Part shown: positions 60,433 through 64,000 of the stretch, piece after piece | How positions within the stretch are numbered: the stretch's first letter is position 1 | Layout: each line of letters begins with the position of its first letter | The notes under the pieces: model-generated | Database searches by the model: none | What the model was told of the DNA's origin: nothing | Seen by the model: the letters and a program-made list of their open reading frames with translations, nothing else | Assembly (NCBI RefSeq): GCF_035594765.1 | Contig: NC_085846.1 | Location: 82,013,190 to 82,077,189 of the forward strand | Origin: Anolis carolinensis | Lineage: Eukaryota | DNA length: 64,000 bases | Direction of reading: 5' to 3' | Program-made: the position numbers and the translations under genes

Positions 60433-63400
60433 CAGCAAAAACAAACTATGGGTCCAGCTATATGTTATTTCACGAGTGGACAACTTGATCTTTCTGAGGG
60501 CAATAATTTCCTAAGATAAGTTAATAAGAAGGAGTTTACTCCTTGTGTACCTCAGGATTCAACATTCTCTATCCAGACAAAGTAGCCATGTATATCTTTG
60601 GGTGTGTATGTAGTTTATAACATGTACATTATACACAAGGATGTTATTGTGGATTCTCGGCTATCTCAAACCTGTGTTTCCTCTAATTGTTTCTTCTCTC
60701 CCACCACCTTCCAGCAAACTAATTGGGTGCAAACTTTTATCAGGAGATTCTACTCAGTGTTTGAAAGTAGCAAAGGCAGTTGAGGTTTATAGGCTATAGT
60801 AAATAACCCTACTTATACAGATATCTTTTCTTTCCCTTTTCTTTTTTCTTTTTTCTTTTTACTGTCTTGGAATTGCAGGGTAGGCCCCAGCTGCCTGTTT
60901 ATTTCCAGCATTCCTTTTTATTTAAGTAGACTCTTCTCACTAGAGTGTGATTACTCAGCAATAAAGTTTATGGCCGGATTTAACTTTAGGTCTTTGAATT
61001 TCCAGGGTTGAAAGAAAGCATGAAAGAGCATCTCCTTTTTTTTCTGCTGGGCTTCTTTCCTCTTTCTTTCTTCCTTGCTTTCTTTGTAGTGTCTGATCTT
61101 GGAAATATTTACTCACACCAGCTTTACTGGGGACGGGTAATGTGTTTGGAGCCTATAGTAACCATAAGAGAATCCATGGAGAGAATAAAAGTTGCGGTGA
61201 TCAAATCCAGCTCTTTTAAAAGAGAAGTTGCCTGTCTAGTGAGTTGTTTTTCAAATAGATTGAAGTGGTCCAACAATAAATGCACCAGGTTTTGAAGAGG
61301 CTCTATTTCCTAACTTTTTAAAACAAGAATTCAGCTGTTAGTTTGCAGATTCTACAAGATTCCTTCTGGCCTTAATACTTGAGCTTTGGTTTCCAAAAGA
61401 AAAAGTTTTCTTTCATTTGAAAGGGTTGGATGTTGGATTTTATTGCCTTCTAGCATTTTTCTCGGTTAAGGTGCAATAGTATACCCACTTGTGTAAGACT
61501 AAGTCCAATTGAATTCAATGGAAGTCATTTTAGGGACGGATTTTGCAGAACATAGATAAATCTTCAGTGGTTTGTGGTGTGTGTATATATTATAGCTTTG
61601 TAAATAGAAATATATTTCTATCTGCAAGTTTATTCTTCTTGTAGATAGAAAGAGATTAGATGATAAAGGAAAGGTTTTTTTTTTTTACATTTAGATGTCT
61701 TTCTCGAGGATGTAGAAACTTGTAGGATTTCTGGAGCGCCTCATTGTAGCCGCATGTATATACTATTAAACAAGTTCTGAACGCATTACAATGAACTCTA
61801 TGAAACCTGAAAGGATGGATCATTTTCACAATGGCTGCATTTCCGTTGTTAATATACATTTCTGTACTATTTGTCTGTGTTTGAGGATTATATTTATAGA
61901 AGGAAAACCAGAATAGGAACAAAAATCTTCAGACTCTTTGTCCAAGTTTCCCCGTTAGTTTCTCATGCCAAAGGAAAGTATTAATATTCTATAGGTTTAT
62001 GACAGCAAAATAGCTTATTGAAAAAGTAAATCAGAGTTTAGTTAAAGGTGAAGTCTAATAAAGGCACATTCTAGTTTTATGTACCAGAAGAATTCTTTTG
62101 AGTTGCAACATCAGTTAGAAAGTAAATCCTTTAGAATCCAAGGGGAATTTTTTCCAAAGAAAATGTCATAAACGTTGAGGTGTAAAACTGTTTCCTCTTA
62201 AATGGAATGGACTTAAAGAAGTATGCATTTTATTGGGGTTGGACTAAAGATGTTGAGCTTTCCTTGTCTTGAGTGTGGAAAAGGGCCCTATTGAAGGATA
62301 CTCTACCGAAGCAGTTGGATCAAGTTCTAAATAAAGATTTCCAAGGAGTAAAATAATGGTGATCCTGGCTCCGTTTGATAATAGTGCCTTATCCTCAGTT
62401 TTAAATTAATCTCACCTTAGCTATCTACCTATCTCTCCAACTAATTACCCAGCCATTTAATGACTAAATTACTGACTGGATAGAAGATGTTAAGAGAAAG
62501 GATAGAGAAGTACATAAAGGAAATCGTCACCAGTAGGGCTGCTCTAGCCTAGCCATGTCTACTCAGAAGTAAATCCAACACATCCCAGAAAATATATAAT
62601 CTTGCAAACTCTGTTTTAATATTTCACATACCAAAACAAATCCACTCAAGCCCAAAGGGAAATTTATGAGATGTAAGGATAACGTCTTCCTCCCAACCCC
62701 AAACTCTTGCTATTTTAAATATTCCTCATTTCCGAACACACCCAGGCAAATAGCAACAGAGAAACCACAGATTATTTCATACACTAAAAAAAATGATTAT
62801 TTTTTAGGATGAGCAGATCAGACGGTTGGAAGGGCTGCCCTTAGGGCTGTATTTACTTTCCTGGAGGGGCCTGTGCTTTCCTTTCCTTAAATAATCACCA
62901 GTGATCTTTTGAGGACTAAGAATCCTTCACTGGCTCATCTGTAAGCAGAAGGAAGCTTATAACAAGGCAAGTGTTTGTGTATATAGCAAAGAAGCTCTTC
63001 ACTTTCTTTAAAGCCTAAAATGGCTTTGAAAGAGTCACATGATGGGTAGGTTTGTGAAGCATGATGGGAAAATTATTAATCTCATTGTACAAAACAAGTG
63101 TGGTATTGCTGGAATTTCAAGTATTATCTATAGAATATGAAGCATCACAATGTTTAATGGAGATGCCTGGTTTGAATTCCTGGATTAGACCATTTTTGTT
63201 TTTCTTTTGAAAGAAAGAATAGGCTTGTTTTCTCCTCCTAATCTATATAATCCAGTTTTTTTCATTTCTAGTAACTTTGATCACCAAACATCAATTTTTA
63301 TACACAAACACTCACTTGTCTGGGATTTCTTTCTCCCTCCCTATCCAGGACCTCTCTACGACCACAGGGTTATGGCTTTGTCGCTTAGGGAGATGCAAAC

Positions 63401-64000
63401 AATGCAGAGAAAGGCCACAATATTTTCAGAAAGTGGGTTCCTTTTCCAGGAAGGGCATATGGAGCCTGTCCCTTCTTCTCCTCTAACCCCACCCAACTAA
63501 TCCGAAATGGCTTTTCAATAATAATAATATTTGTTATGAAGGTTCTTCGGTAATTATTGCAGTTTTGTGAAACAGTCCTTGCTGGAGGTGAAGTCTGTCT
63601 CGGGGATAATAAATGGGAGCCCGTGCAGTTCATTGCCAGGTTAAGTAAATGCAGAAACTAAGATAAATCTGCAGACCCCAGAACTCGCCAGCAGAGCTCG
63701 CTTTAGACCAAGTTCACAGCCAGCTCGCTTTTCCCTGAGCAAGGTTTAGCAGCCCTTTGGAAGCTTTGACTTTATTAAAGTAATGATGATAATAATAATA
63801 ATAACAACGTTGAAACGACCCATTATTCTCAGTAGTATCTTAAGATGGATAAATAGCCCCACTTTTGCGCCCACTCCACACTCAGAACTTACCCACCTGC
63901 CATGGACACCACATGGACTCCCTTCAGTTTAATCCAATTTCTCCAACGCTTTTTAGCTTTTTGCAAACTGATTTTTAGGTTTCTCTGACAAAAGGTTGGA

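Overview
Vertebrate genomic DNA covering the central HoxA cluster, with all genes on the + strand: HOXA10, miR-196b, HOXA9, HOXA7, HOXA6 and HOXA5 (no paralogue 8 gene). Each Hox gene has two exons whose phase-1 GT-AG junctions I read directly, giving intact homeodomains. The cluster is unusually full of repeats, which points to a squamate and most likely Anolis (inferred, not searched). It holds about 15 Penelope-like (GIY-YIG) insertions, Harbinger-type MITEs, SINEs, R4/Dong, Vingi, L1 and CR1/L2 fragments, local duplications and many (TAA)n tracts. Main non-obvious signals: (1) the Penelope terminal repeat contains a minimal type-I hammerhead ribozyme, intact at 21216-21256 and 29860-29900 on the minus strand, while every Hox-sense copy is damaged; (2) a frameshifting exitron in HOXA9 exon 1 predicts a 105-aa homeodomain-less isoform; (3) a Penelope insertion is flanked by a ~130-bp duplication of a TCF/Pbx-Hox motif block upstream of HOXA9; (4) upstream or overlapping ORFs occur at the HOXA10, A9, A7 and A6 starts; (5) miR-196 sites cluster in the HOXA7 and HOXA9 3'UTRs. 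There are three assembly gaps. Comparisons with human or mouse are from recall, not from alignments run here.
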